Shown piece by piece: positions 49,273-57,631 of a DNA stretch of 64,000 nucleotides (position 1 is its first letter; every line of letters begins with the position of its first letter). This DNA comes from an uncultured Candidatus Saccharibacteria bacterium. Its GTDB lineage: Bacteria; Patescibacteriota; Dojkabacteria; SC72. The notes below the pieces were generated by a model that saw only the letters and a program-made list of their open reading frames with translations, made no database searches and was not told where the DNA came from. The position numbers and the translations under genes were made by a program. Where the stretch lies: positions 16,620-80,619 of the forward strand of contig CAZULJ010000004.1 of NCBI GenBank assembly GCA_964621195.1. The letters run 5' to 3'.

Positions 49273-49788
49273 TTATCTCAATCTTATTTTCTCAAAGCTC
49301 CTACTATCTCCTATAGATGAAGATGCTATATCCGCTACAAAGGTTATTAACACAGAAACCACGCTATTTATCACAAACGATAGTACAACAGACGAGGTAA
49401 AAGAAGGCAAAACTTTATCACCTAAAAAGGAATCAAGGGAATATCTCAGGACATATGCCAAAAGAAACACAAAAAAGATAACCAAATACCTTGAGACCCT
49501 ACCCTCGACCGGAACGACATTAGCAACCAAACCAAATGCAGAGAGCCCTAGCCCTGCAACTAATATGCTTATACCGAAATTCGAATGGGCAACAACATCC
49601 AATGCAAGCCCCGCGATTATCAATACCGCAATTACAACCTCAGAACGAATTTTGCCAAAGAAATTCAGCGCAAACAAAAAGTAAAAGGAAAAACTCCCAA
49701 ACGCAACAAAAAGCGAATCAAGAAAGACTAGTATTACGGTAAAGATTGTAATTAAAAAAACTGATAGCATGCTATTTAATCCTAACAA
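49273..49788 (-). CDS. mreD: Rod shape-determining protein MreD (probable)
   Basis: 171-aa polytopic membrane protein between mreC and mrdA. Confidence 0.5.
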   Translation of the reverse strand: MLGLNSMLSVFLITIFTVILVFLDSLFVAFGSFSFYFLFALNFFGKIRSEVVIAVLIIAGLALDVVAHSNFGISILVAGLGLSAFGLVANVVPVEGRVSRYLVIFFVFLLAYVLRYSLDSFLGDKVLPSFTSSVVLSFVINSVVSVLITFVADIASSSIGDSRSFEKIRLR

Positions 49789-50587
49789 ATACAGTAATTA
49801 AATTAGAGTAATCAAAAATTGGAGATACAAAGCCTGACTTAGATGTTGAAGCAAGATTTTTGGATAAACTGACCAATCGGCCCAATGTAAGTAGCTCCCC
49901 AATCCTTTCATCTCTTAATACAACTAGGTCACCATCCGAGACCTCTGCATTTATACCAATATTTTCTATCTTAATACCCTCAAGTGTCCCAGCGACAACC
50001 CCCTTAGACTTAATATATGAATCCAATGGGGACTCTACAGTGTACTCTTGCGAGAGAACTACTACCTCGTAACTACTCGCCCTATTTGTAGGCAAACGAA
50101 CAGCAGATCCATTTAAATCGACTTCTGAACAAACACCAACAAAGACACCTCCAACATATACGATATCACCCTCCGAGACACCATCAATAGATCCGACATT
50201 TATATATACAACCCCATCCTCCGACTCCCCTAAAACCTTCGCCATGAGAGATTTAGAATCACTGTTCAACAAAGAGCTGCTAGACTTAAGTGCTGAGTAC
50301 TCTTCTTGATCAATGGGGCTAAATGTTGAAGCTTTAAGCTGTATTAGCTCATCCCGGAGCATTTCGTGCTCCTCTATATATGAGGATGCATCTAGGAGTG
50401 CACTTCCCCAACCAGATATTGAATTCCCAATATTGTACCCACTTGAAGAAACAGGTTCAAACACATATGCAAAAAACGATCTAAAAGGAGAAACAATATT
50501 AAAGTAAGAAAGAAGGACGAAAACAACCCCTACCGGAATTAACAAAAGATATTGATATGATTTTATCTTCGAAATTGGGTTTGTCAT
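49772..50587 (-). CDS. mreC: Rod shape-determining protein MreC (probable)
   Basis: N-terminal TM, a coiled-coil region and a beta-rich C-terminus, immediately downstream of mreB. Confidence 0.6.
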   Translation of the reverse strand: MTNPISKIKSYQYLLLIPVGVVFVLLSYFNIVSPFRSFFAYVFEPVSSSGYNIGNSISGWGSALLDASSYIEEHEMLRDELIQLKASTFSPIDQEEYSALKSSSSLLNSDSKSLMAKVLGESEDGVVYINVGSIDGVSEGDIVYVGGVFVGVCSEVDLNGSAVRLPTNRASSYEVVVLSQEYTVESPLDSYIKSKGVVAGTLEGIKIENIGINAEVSDGDLVVLRDERIGELLTLGRLVSLSKNLASTSKSGFVSPIFDYSNLITVFVRIK

Positions 50588-50598
50588 TTAAAAAGGTC

Positions 50599-51654
50599 TT
50601 AAATAAGCTCTTCCCAGGATTTTTGGACTTTTTGTAACAGGTCTATATGATCAAGCATAGAGGCTGTTCCCCTTGCAACAGCTGAAAGTGGATCCTCAAC
50701 AATCTTAACTGGGATATTCAACTCCTCCATCCAGAATTTATCCAACCCCTTAATCAATGCCCCCCCACCTGCAACATGTATACCGTCATTGTATATATCT
50801 TTTAAAAGCTCCGGAGGAGTATCTTCAATAGCATCTTTAACAGCTTCAGTTATTTGAGTCAAAGAAACCATAATTGCTTCACGAACCTCTATACTACTGA
50901 AGTTAACAGACTTTGGTAGGCCTGTTAACAGATCTCTACCTTGAATTACAACCTCTTTCTCTTCCTTCATTGGAGATGCTGACCCTATTTCTATCTTTAC
51001 ATCTTCAGCAGTTCTTTCACCAATTAAAATATTGTATTTATCACGGACATAATTAACTACATCTATATTCATCTCATCTCCCGCAATTCTAATAGTATTG
51101 TCTACAACAATATCACCCAAGGAAAGTACAGCAATTCCAGTAGTACCACCACCGATATCAACAATCATGCTTCCAGAGGCCTCTTCAATTGGCAATCCAA
51201 CACCAATAGCTGCTGCCATAGACTCTTCAACTATAAAAACTTCACGAGCGCCAGCAGTCTTTGCAGCATCAATTACCGCCTGCCTTTCGACTTCAGTAAC
51301 GGAAGAAGGGACTCCAACAACAACCCTTGGTCTTGGTATTTTAAAACCCTTAACATAGTTGCTGTGAGCACTGTTAATAAAGTGGTGAATCATTGCCTGT
51401 GTGGTATCGAAGTCTGAGATAACACCATCTCTTAAAGGTCTTACAGCCACAATATTCGCAGGCGTTCTACCAATCATCTCCCTAGCCTTTTGCCCAACAG
51501 CCAGCACCTGTTTGCTCCTCTTATCGATTGCTACAACAGATGGTTCTGAAACGACAATGTCTTCGCCACGCAAATATACCATTGTATTTGCAGTACCAAG
51601 GTCTATACCAAGATCGTATGTAAATATTTCCCAAAGGGAATCAAATACTGACAT
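50599..51654 (-). CDS. mreB: Rod shape-determining protein MreB
   Basis: Actin-fold motifs LGIDLGTANT, VVGVP, DIGGGTT. Confidence 0.9.
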   Translation of the reverse strand: MSVFDSLWEIFTYDLGIDLGTANTMVYLRGEDIVVSEPSVVAIDKRSKQVLAVGQKAREMIGRTPANIVAVRPLRDGVISDFDTTQAMIHHFINSAHSNYVKGFKIPRPRVVVGVPSSVTEVERQAVIDAAKTAGAREVFIVEESMAAAIGVGLPIEEASGSMIVDIGGGTTGIAVLSLGDIVVDNTIRIAGDEMNIDVVNYVRDKYNILIGERTAEDVKIEIGSASPMKEEKEVVIQGRDLLTGLPKSVNFSSIEVREAIMVSLTQITEAVKDAIEDTPPELLKDIYNDGIHVAGGGALIKGLDKFWMEELNIPVKIVEDPLSAVARGTASMLDHIDLLQKVQKSWEELI

Positions 51655-51735
51655 CCAGCAAAAAGTAATGAGCTTAATTGAATGATTTTATCACTAAAAT
51701 TTACTCAAGACGAGGAAATAATATGTACCAGGGGA

Positions 51736-51945
51736 TTAAGCCTCTTTCTGAAGCCTTTTATAACATTTCATACAGGTACTGATACTCTGTACATCACCCT
51801 CTACCTCAACCTTTATCTTTCTTAGATTGGGCTTGAATGAACGAGTACTCTTTGGAGCTTTATACTTCCAACCTATTGAATGATGATGCTGAATTCTTCT
51901 TCCAGCAACTGCAGATTTTCCACACAATTCACAAACTTTTGCCAT
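51736..51945 (-). CDS. rpmB: 50S ribosomal protein L28
   Basis: MAKVCELCGK...GRRIQHHHS... 69 aa. Confidence 0.85.
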   Translation of the reverse strand: MAKVCELCGKSAVAGRRIQHHHSIGWKYKAPKSTRSFKPNLRKIKVEVEGDVQSISTCMKCYKRLQKEA

Positions 51946-51975
51946 TTCTTTATTAATTGAACATTTATAAGCTAG

Positions 51976-52638
51976 ATGATATTATCAAAAAGATTTCTAT
52001 TTATCAAGTTTAAGATGCTAGATTATTCAATATCGCAAGAATTTATCTTTTGGATTCTGGTAGCAATACCCTCTATTCTTGTTGCATCTACAGTACATGA
52101 ATACGCACATGCATACAGTGCATTCAAGCTTGGAGATGCAACAGCCAAGGCAGAAGGCAGACTTACTCTTAATCCATTAAAACATATAGACCCAATAGGT
52201 GCAATCTTTATGATCCTATTTAGATTCGGATGGAGCAAACCAGTACCAATAAATGAGTACAACTTCGAAAAAAGAGAATTGCATACGGCATTTGTAGCCT
52301 TCGCGGGCCCACTCTCCAATCTCATCCTTGCAACAGCAACCGCATTACTATACCAGCTGGTTCCAACGGGAGGACTTGTAGCATATTTACTATATAACTT
52401 TGCAACTATAAATGTTGCTTTAGCGGTATTTAATCTAATACCGATCCCCCCACTAGATGGGCATAAGATAGTTAGAGCATTGCTGCCAAAGAATCTTCGA
52501 TACTACTGGGAGCTTCTAGAAAAGTATTCAATCATATTAATACTACTAATTATCCTACCCTTCTCCCCTCTTTCTAAGCTACTCTTTAATTTTATAGAGT
52601 CAGCACTAAGAACAATCCTTTCCACACTTGGGTTTTAA
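51976..52638 (+). CDS. M50 family (site-2 protease-like) membrane metalloprotease
   Basis: HEYAHAYSAF (HExxH in a TM helix), LDGG-like motif PLDGHK. Polytopic. Confidence 0.65.
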   Translation: MILSKRFLFIKFKMLDYSISQEFIFWILVAIPSILVASTVHEYAHAYSAFKLGDATAKAEGRLTLNPLKHIDPIGAIFMILFRFGWSKPVPINEYNFEKRELHTAFVAFAGPLSNLILATATALLYQLVPTGGLVAYLLYNFATINVALAVFNLIPIPPLDGHKIVRALLPKNLRYYWELLEKYSIILILLIILPFSPLSKLLFNFIESALRTILSTLGF

Positions 52639-52678
52639 GAGCCTTTGATACTACCCTCAAATTGTTATAAAATATACT

Positions 52679-52817
52679 GTCCCGGTTGGGAAAAGAGGTT
52701 CATAGCTCTACAAGCAAGAGCTCGGATCCCCAAAATCGCTCAAGCCCTTGGGTTTGAGTTGAGGGAATCCACTTATCTGGTAAGGGCTCTATGATCCCTC
52801 TCCGACCGGGCGTTTTT
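52679..52817 (+). ncRNA. Unassigned structured RNA candidate of about 140 nt
   Basis: GC-rich relative to its surroundings. The 5' CCCGGUUGG pairs with the 3' CCGACCGGG. An internal long-range helix pairs AGAGGUUCAUAG with CUAUGAUCCCUCU. Local hairpin AGCUCU-ACAAGCA-AGAGCU. A U-run follows. No ORF on either strand. Confidence 0.3.
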
Positions 52818-52860
52818 GTTGACTATCTCCAACGTATATATTAAACTTGCGATTGTACTT

Positions 52861-52937
52861 GCCGAAGTAGCTCAGTTGGTCAGAGCAATTGTTTTGTAAA
52901 CAATAGGTCGAGAGTTCGAATCTCTCCTTCGGCTCCA
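52861..52937 (+). tRNA. tRNA-Thr (anticodon TGT)
   Basis: GCCGAAG-TA-GCTC AGTTGGTCA GAGC-A-ATTGT TTTGTAA ACAAT-AGGTC-GAGAG TTCGAAT CTCTC-CTTCGGC-T-CCA. Confidence 0.85.
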
Positions 52938-52941
52938 TTAA

Positions 52942-53024
52942 GCAGAGGTGGCGGAGTGGTCAAACGCATCGGACTGTAAATCCGACTCCTTCGGGATTCA
53001 CTGGTTCAAATCCAGTCCTCTGCA
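52942..53024 (+). tRNA. tRNA-Tyr (anticodon GTA), long variable arm
   Basis: GCAGAGG...GGACTGTAAATCC (anticodon GTA). Variable hairpin. T arm CTGG TTCAAAT CCAG. CCTCTGC-A. Confidence 0.85.
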
Positions 53025-53090
53025 TTCCCCCTATTGTCTTTTTTAATCCTTGATATATACTTTGTATATATAACTTTTGTATATCCTTCC

Positions 53091-53825
53091 ATGAGCGAAA
53101 TGATAGGAATAATAGTATTTGCAATTGGAGCAATAATTCCAATAGCCGCAGTAGGTTTAGTTGTATATTTCATCGTTCAGGCAGCAAAAAGCAAAGATGG
53201 AAAGGATATCAAACTCAAAGTATCAGCAAAAACACTTTTCCCAGTATATCTTTATATAATCTCATTCTTAACACTTGGAATTGCATTGATCGGAGCCTCT
53301 ACAGCGATAAGAGCTGGTCTCTCTTTCCAGTTTGGAGTTCCATTTGCATATACTCTCTACCAAGGAAACAACTTTGAAGAGGCAAAGATGTATGACCCAG
53401 GTCTTCAAAGAGATGATTACGAAGTTTGCTATGAAGGGGAACCAATAACGATAGGAGAGAACGAATACTGTGTAAACAACCAGCAGCAGACAACGGATCT
53501 TGTTAATGGAATAACTATTTTCATTTCAATGGTAATACTTTTTGCAGTACATCAGTTTGCACTAAGCAGAATACAAATGAAGGACAGATTAGAATGGTTA
53601 AACAAATTCTATACATTTGCTTCCTTAATCCTGTATAGCCTAATTGGGTTAATATCTATCCCAACCTCTATTTACCAACTAACCAACTATCTAATAACCA
53701 ACCCAGAAAGCTACGCATACTCTACACCAGAGGCTCCGGCAATGGCTATTGCAATAGCAATAACAAGCTTGCCTCTATGGATATACTTCCTTAATAGAAC
53801 ATCCAACTTAAGAGAAGAAGATTAG
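53091..53825 (+). CDS. Polytopic membrane protein of unknown function. The start is moved to the Met after tRNA-Tyr.
   Basis: About 6 TM helices and a conserved-looking Cys pair (YEVCYEGEP...EYCVNN) in a loop. The ORF as given in the track overlaps tRNA-Tyr, so an internal start at MSEMIG is used. Confidence 0.45.
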   Translation: MSEMIGIIVFAIGAIIPIAAVGLVVYFIVQAAKSKDGKDIKLKVSAKTLFPVYLYIISFLTLGIALIGASTAIRAGLSFQFGVPFAYTLYQGNNFEEAKMYDPGLQRDDYEVCYEGEPITIGENEYCVNNQQQTTDLVNGITIFISMVILFAVHQFALSRIQMKDRLEWLNKFYTFASLILYSLIGLISIPTSIYQLTNYLITNPESYAYSTPEAPAMAIAIAITSLPLWIYFLNRTSNLREED

Positions 53826-53866
53826 GTCTGTAAAAATTCGATAACTTTGTATATAATCAAGTCCAA

Positions 53867-53943
53867 GCTGGATTAGCTCAGTTGGTTAGAGCACATTCAT
53901 GGTAAGAATGAGGTCCTGAGTTCGACTCTCAGATCCAGCTCCA
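53867..53943 (+). tRNA. tRNA-Thr (anticodon GGT)
   Basis: GCTGGAT-TA-GCTC...CATTC ATGGTAA GAATG...CTGAG TTCGACT CTCAG-ATCCAGC-T-CCA. Confidence 0.85.
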
Positions 53944-53945
53944 TC

Positions 53946-53978
53946 TATATACTCTCTTTTCGAAGAGAGAAATATATA
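53946..53978 (+). other. Extended palindromic hairpin immediately after tRNA-Thr(GGT)
   Basis: TATATA-CTCTCTT-TTCG-AAGAGAG-aAATATATA. There is no clear U-run. It could be a processing or termination element. Confidence 0.3.
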
Positions 53979-54102
53979 AAAGCCTACGGTAATATAGGGA
54001 ATACAATTAGATTTTGACTTTAGGTTTTCGTTAATCGTATGGCATATTACTACTAACCAAAGTTATCCTCTAAATAGTAACACAAATTGAGAGTAAAAAC
54101 AT

Positions 54103-54131
54103 TTGACCTAACCTTAATATTTCAATATAAT
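54103..54131 (+). promoter_or_regulatory. Candidate sigma70 promoter for rpmG / tRNA-Trp / secE-nusG
   Basis: TTGACC-N17-TATAAT, about 50 nt upstream of the rpmG ATG. Confidence 0.45.
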
Positions 54132-54182
54132 ACTTTGTATTTCCCATAATATCCTAGTTATTAATTTTGACGCGTAAAAAAG

Positions 54183-54347
54183 ATGGCAAAAGTTAAGAGA
54201 GATATAATTGCTTTGAAGTGTACAGTATGTGATAGTAAGAACTACACCTCTTACAAAACAAAGAACATAAAAGAGAAGATTGAGAAGAACAAATATTGTC
54301 CAGTATGCCAAAAACATACTGTTCATAAGGAGACAAAAGTTAAGTAA
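54183..54347 (+). CDS. rpmG: 50S ribosomal protein L33 (zinc-ribbon type)
   Basis: The ORF track did not list it because it is under 60 aa. My translation is MAKVKRDIIALKCTVCDSKNYTSYKTKNIKEKIEKNKYCPVCQKHTVHKETKVK. Conserved position before tRNA-Trp and secE. Confidence 0.8.
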   Translation: MAKVKRDIIALKCTVCDSKNYTSYKTKNIKEKIEKNKYCPVCQKHTVHKETKVK

Positions 54348-54367
54348 TTAAGCTGTTTTACAGACAA

Positions 54368-54439
54368 GGGCCCATAGTTTCAATGGTAAAACAGTGGTCT
54401 CCAAAACCATAGTTCTCCGTTCGAGTCGGAGTGGGCCTG
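54368..54439 (+). tRNA. tRNA-Trp (anticodon CCA), CCA end not encoded
   Basis: GGGCCCA-TA-GTTT CAATGGTAA AACA...GTGGT CTCCAAA ACCAT-AGTT-CTCCG TTCGAGT CGGAG-TGGGCCT-G. Confidence 0.8.
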
Positions 54440-54450
54440 CTTGAAAGAAT

Positions 54451-54660
54451 ATGAATACATTAAAAAATATAATAATAGAATTAAAGAAAACTGAATGGCC
54501 AAGTATGGGCCAATTAGTGAAATTAACAGTATATACCCTACTCCTTTGTGGTATAATCGCTTTGCTAATACTGGGAGTAGATTTAGTACTATTCTGGCTC
54601 AGAGATCTTTGGATTGGAGAACAGGATGGAACCATTAGTAATTTAATATTAAATATATAA
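54451..54660 (+). CDS. secE: Preprotein translocase subunit SecE
   Basis: 69 aa. ELKKTEWPS...single TM helix. Position directly before nusG. Confidence 0.75.
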   Translation: MNTLKNIIIELKKTEWPSMGQLVKLTVYTLLLCGIIALLILGVDLVLFWLRDLWIGEQDGTISNLILNI

Positions 54661-54668
54661 ACTTAGGA

Positions 54669-55220
54669 ATGGCAGACGCAGTAAAAAAGGCAAATCCAAA
54701 AGCTAAGTGGTATGTTCTAAACATTAGGACTGGATATGAGAATAGTATAAAGAAAGAACTTCAACAAAGAATTGAAGCAACAGGCTTACAAGACAAGATT
54801 GAAGAGATTTTTATCCCTGTACAGAAGAAGATTTTCGTAAAGAAAGGTAAGCAGGATGTAAAAGAAGATAAGCTATTCCCTGGATATGTATTAATAAAGA
54901 TGGAATTAGATGAGAACACATGGGATATAGTAAAGAATACTGAAGGTGTTAGAGGTTTTGTAAAAACAGATAAATATCCAAAACCATTACCAGAAGCTGA
55001 GGTAAAAGCAATTATGAAATTTATGGAAGCCGAACAGCCATCATACCAAAGCTCATTTAGCGTAGGAGAAGCCGTAAAGATCTCAGATGGAGCATTTGCA
55101 GGCTTTATAGGTAGTGTCCAATCCATTGACAATACAAAAGGTAAGATAAAAGTCCTCATATCTTTCCTTGGTAGAGAAGCGCCTGTTGAACTTGATTTCT
55201 CACAAGTCAACAAGCTTTAA
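54669..55220 (+). CDS. nusG: Transcription termination/antitermination factor NusG
   Basis: NGN domain KWYVLNIRTGYENSIKKEL. C-terminal KOW (GEAVKISDGAFAGFIGSV). Confidence 0.9.
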   Translation: MADAVKKANPKAKWYVLNIRTGYENSIKKELQQRIEATGLQDKIEEIFIPVQKKIFVKKGKQDVKEDKLFPGYVLIKMELDENTWDIVKNTEGVRGFVKTDKYPKPLPEAEVKAIMKFMEAEQPSYQSSFSVGEAVKISDGAFAGFIGSVQSIDNTKGKIKVLISFLGREAPVELDFSQVNKL

Positions 55221-55245
55221 AATATATATTTGATTAGTAAAGAAA

Positions 55246-55671
55246 ATGGCAAAGGAAATAAAAAAGATAATAAAAATTACAATCCCAGCAGGACAAGCAA
55301 CCCCTGCACCTCCAATTGGTCCAACATTGGCACCATATGGAATATCAACACAGGAATTCTGTATGCAATTCAATGAAAGAACTAGAGAAGGAAATGGTAT
55401 TCTTACACCAGTAATAATTACAATTTACGAAGATAGATCTTTTGAATTTATTACAAAGACTCCTCCTACATCAGAATTGATAAGGAGAGAGATAAAGATG
55501 AAAAAAGGCTCTGCAAGACCTAACTTAGAAAAAGTTGGAAAACTTTCAAAAGACCAAATCAAAAAGATTGTAGAGGTTAAGATGCCAGATTTAAACACTT
55601 CTGATCCAGATCAAGCAGCAAAAATAGTTGCTGGAACTGCAAGACAGATGGGTGTTGAGACTGAAATATAA
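55246..55671 (+). CDS. rplK: 50S ribosomal protein L11
   Basis: IKITIPAGQATPAPPIGPTLAPYGI... Confidence 0.9.
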   Translation: MAKEIKKIIKITIPAGQATPAPPIGPTLAPYGISTQEFCMQFNERTREGNGILTPVIITIYEDRSFEFITKTPPTSELIRREIKMKKGSARPNLEKVGKLSKDQIKKIVEVKMPDLNTSDPDQAAKIVAGTARQMGVETEI

Positions 55672-55690
55672 CGTATAAAAAACATATAGA

Positions 55691-56380
55691 ATGAAAAGAG
55701 GAAAGAAATATATAAAAGCAGTTAAGAATCTAGACAGGAATATAGCATATACTGTTGAATCTGCAGTAAAAGAAGCAAAGAAGACTTCTTACAGTAGCTT
55801 TGTAGGTACATTGGAAGTACATTTTGATATAAAGATTCCAAAAGATAGAGATCCAAAGTCAATCAAAGGTGCTCTTGCCCTACCACACTCTAGTGGAAGT
55901 AAGAACGTTAAGGTTGCAGTCTTTGCATCTCCAGATATGGATAAAGTTGCAAAGGAAGCTGGTGCAGAGTTTGTAGGTTTAGATAACCTAATAAAGGATG
56001 TAAAAGCTGGAAAGATAGAATTTGATGTAGCAATTGCGACACCATCTGCTATGCCTGAGATTGCAATCTTAGGAAAGGAATTAGGTCCTAAAGGCCTTAT
56101 GCCTAATCCAAAGAACGGAACAGTAACAGATGATATTGCACAAGCAGTATCTGAATACAAAAAAGGGAAACAGACTTTCTCATGCGATACCTCTGGAGTA
56201 ATACATATGACAGCGGGTAAATTAGATATGGATGATGAGAAATTAGTAGAGAACGTACATGCATGTGTAATAGCATTAGAAGAAGTATTAGGAAAGGTAT
56301 ATACACAATCAATGGATAGGATGCATTTAGCACCTACAATGGGACCAAGTTTCAAAATTGAGTACAGTAAGCCAGAGTAA
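55691..56380 (+). CDS. rplA: 50S ribosomal protein L1
   Basis: MKRGKKYIKAVKNLDRNIAYTVESAVKEAKK... Confidence 0.9.
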   Translation: MKRGKKYIKAVKNLDRNIAYTVESAVKEAKKTSYSSFVGTLEVHFDIKIPKDRDPKSIKGALALPHSSGSKNVKVAVFASPDMDKVAKEAGAEFVGLDNLIKDVKAGKIEFDVAIATPSAMPEIAILGKELGPKGLMPNPKNGTVTDDIAQAVSEYKKGKQTFSCDTSGVIHMTAGKLDMDDEKLVENVHACVIALEEVLGKVYTQSMDRMHLAPTMGPSFKIEYSKPE

Positions 56381-56403
56381 TTATTAAATTCTTCGATTAC
56401 TAT

Positions 56404-56433
56404 AGACCTCCTATACAGGAGGTCTTTTTCTTT
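56404..56433 (+). terminator. Hairpin plus U-run after rplA (terminator/attenuator)
   Basis: AGACCTCC-TATACA-GGAGGTCT followed by TTTTTCTTT. Confidence 0.5.
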
Positions 56434-56573
56434 ACCAAATGATTTGAGACTCTAAATATCATTTACCAGAGCGGGTTTTTAATATATAATTCTCACCAGC
56501 AAACCAACTATGGGCAAATAGCCCACGTCGCTCTGTAACAATTGTTCTTGACTCAAGACAAGGAGATTTTAGA

Positions 56574-56858
56574 ATGGCAACCAAAACCGACAACAAATGC
56601 AAAGGCTGCGATCGCTCAGGTGAAGAGTGCTTGGGGTGTACATCCGATTTAGATGCATCCGAGCTTCTCGAAATATTCCTCGGGGAAAAAAGTGAGGAAG
56701 AGCAGATTCAATTTTTCGTAGAAATACTTAAAGTTGGACCTCAAGATGCAGCAGATTTGCTGACATCCTTCCTCGGAAAAAGAACCGAAAGTGAGCAAGT
56801 TGAATTCTTCGAGCGATTGCTAGAGAAGGAGGGGTTAGGACCAATCGATATCGAATAG
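56574..56858 (+). CDS. Small acidic Cys-motif protein with an internal tandem repeat, inserted between rplA and rplJ
   Basis: AAGGAG SD 8 nt before the ATG. 94 aa. CKGC-x7-CLGC. Two roughly 29-aa repeats, ELLEIFLGEKSEEEQIQFFVEILK and DLLTSFLGKRTESEQVEFFERLLEK, with conservative substitutions. Local GC is above the window average. Confidence 0.4.
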   Translation: MATKTDNKCKGCDRSGEECLGCTSDLDASELLEIFLGEKSEEEQIQFFVEILKVGPQDAADLLTSFLGKRTESEQVEFFERLLEKEGLGPIDIE

Positions 56859-56898
56859 CTTTACTGGTACACGTCGACTGGTTGGTTCTGCTAAAAGC

Positions 56899-56952
56899 AA
56901 GAGAGGACGGTAGATTGCAATCTACAACTAGCATCATATGCCGTCCTCTCTT
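56899..56952 (+). promoter_or_regulatory. 12-bp perfect-stem hairpin with a roughly 30-nt loop in the rplJ upstream region
   Basis: The arms AAGAGAGGACGG and CCGTCCTCTCTT flank a loop containing the 16-nt palindrome GTAGATTGCAATCTAC. Confidence 0.4.
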
Positions 56953-56980
56953 GACTGAACCATTGCCAATCATATATAAT
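56951..56980 (+). promoter_or_regulatory. Candidate sigma70 promoter for rplJ-rplL
   Basis: TTGACT-N18-TATAAT. The -35 overlaps the 3' arm of the hairpin. About 95 nt upstream of the rplJ ATG. Confidence 0.4.
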
Positions 56981-57073
56981 CCCCTTAGTAATTATCCTAA
57001 GAAACATGGTACAAAAATAAATCCATGCGAGGAAACTGATAATTCAAAAATATTAATTAATTAAGTACATACG

Positions 57074-57595
57074 ATGTCTAAAAGTCGTACTCAAAAGGAA
57101 GAGCTACTTAAAAAGTATAAAGATTTGATTGAATCAAAAGCTGGATACCTTTTAGTTAACTCAGATAAGATTGACACTGCAACAGTAACAGGTCTTAAAA
57201 TCCAATTAAAGGATGTAGATGCAAACTTTACAGTTGTCAAAAACAGTATCTTTAAGGTTGCACTTCAAGATACAGATCAACCATTACAAGTACAGGAATT
57301 TGAAGGTCCAACAGCTATTATTGCATTTGAACAAGATCCGACAGCACCAGCAAAATTAGTAAAAAAGATGCAAAAAGAAACTGAACTATTGGAACCAAGA
57401 AGTGGTGTATACGAGGGAGAGTTCTTAAGCGCAGAGAGAGTAATGCAGTTAGCAGATATCCCATCAAAGGAAGTCTTGCTATCAAGATTAGTAGGAACTA
57501 TGAATGCTCCTTTAACTGGCTTTATGAATGCAGTTACTGGCAATGTAAGAGGTTTAACAGTAGTACTTAAAGGTATTGCTGAGAGTAAATCTTAA
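57074..57595 (+). CDS. rplJ: 50S ribosomal protein L10
   Basis: 173 aa. LVNSDKIDTATVTGLKIQLKD... Confidence 0.9.
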   Translation: MSKSRTQKEELLKKYKDLIESKAGYLLVNSDKIDTATVTGLKIQLKDVDANFTVVKNSIFKVALQDTDQPLQVQEFEGPTAIIAFEQDPTAPAKLVKKMQKETELLEPRSGVYEGEFLSAERVMQLADIPSKEVLLSRLVGTMNAPLTGFMNAVTGNVRGLTVVLKGIAESKS

Positions 57596-57631
57596 TATAT
57601 AGTTATATTTTAATTTATTTTATTTACCTAA

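Noticed and set aside
47658-49316. Two + strand ORFs (189 and 174 aa)
   Set aside because: They are antisense inside the PBP2 gene, which has STFK/SSN/KTG motifs, and I treat them as spurious.
52679-52817. Identification of the structured RNA as SRP RNA (ffs), 5S rRNA, tmRNA or RNase P RNA
   Set aside because: I looked for the domain-IV GGAAGCAGC-type motif, 5S loop C (CCGAAC), the tmRNA tag reading frame and tRNA-like end, and the RNase P conserved regions. None are present. It is too short for RNase P or tmRNA. It remains unassigned.
52960-53142. 60-aa minus-strand ORF
   Set aside because: It overlaps tRNA-Tyr.
54114-54635. Minus-strand ORFs of 70 and 95 aa
   Set aside because: They are antisense to rpmG and overlap tRNA-Trp and secE, which are all better supported.
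55789-56355. 188-aa minus-strand ORF
   Set aside because: It is antisense within rplA.
56728-56973. 81-aa minus-strand ORF
   Set aside because: It is antisense to the small repeat ORF and crosses the hairpin. It has no SD and is Arg-rich as a reverse-frame artefact.
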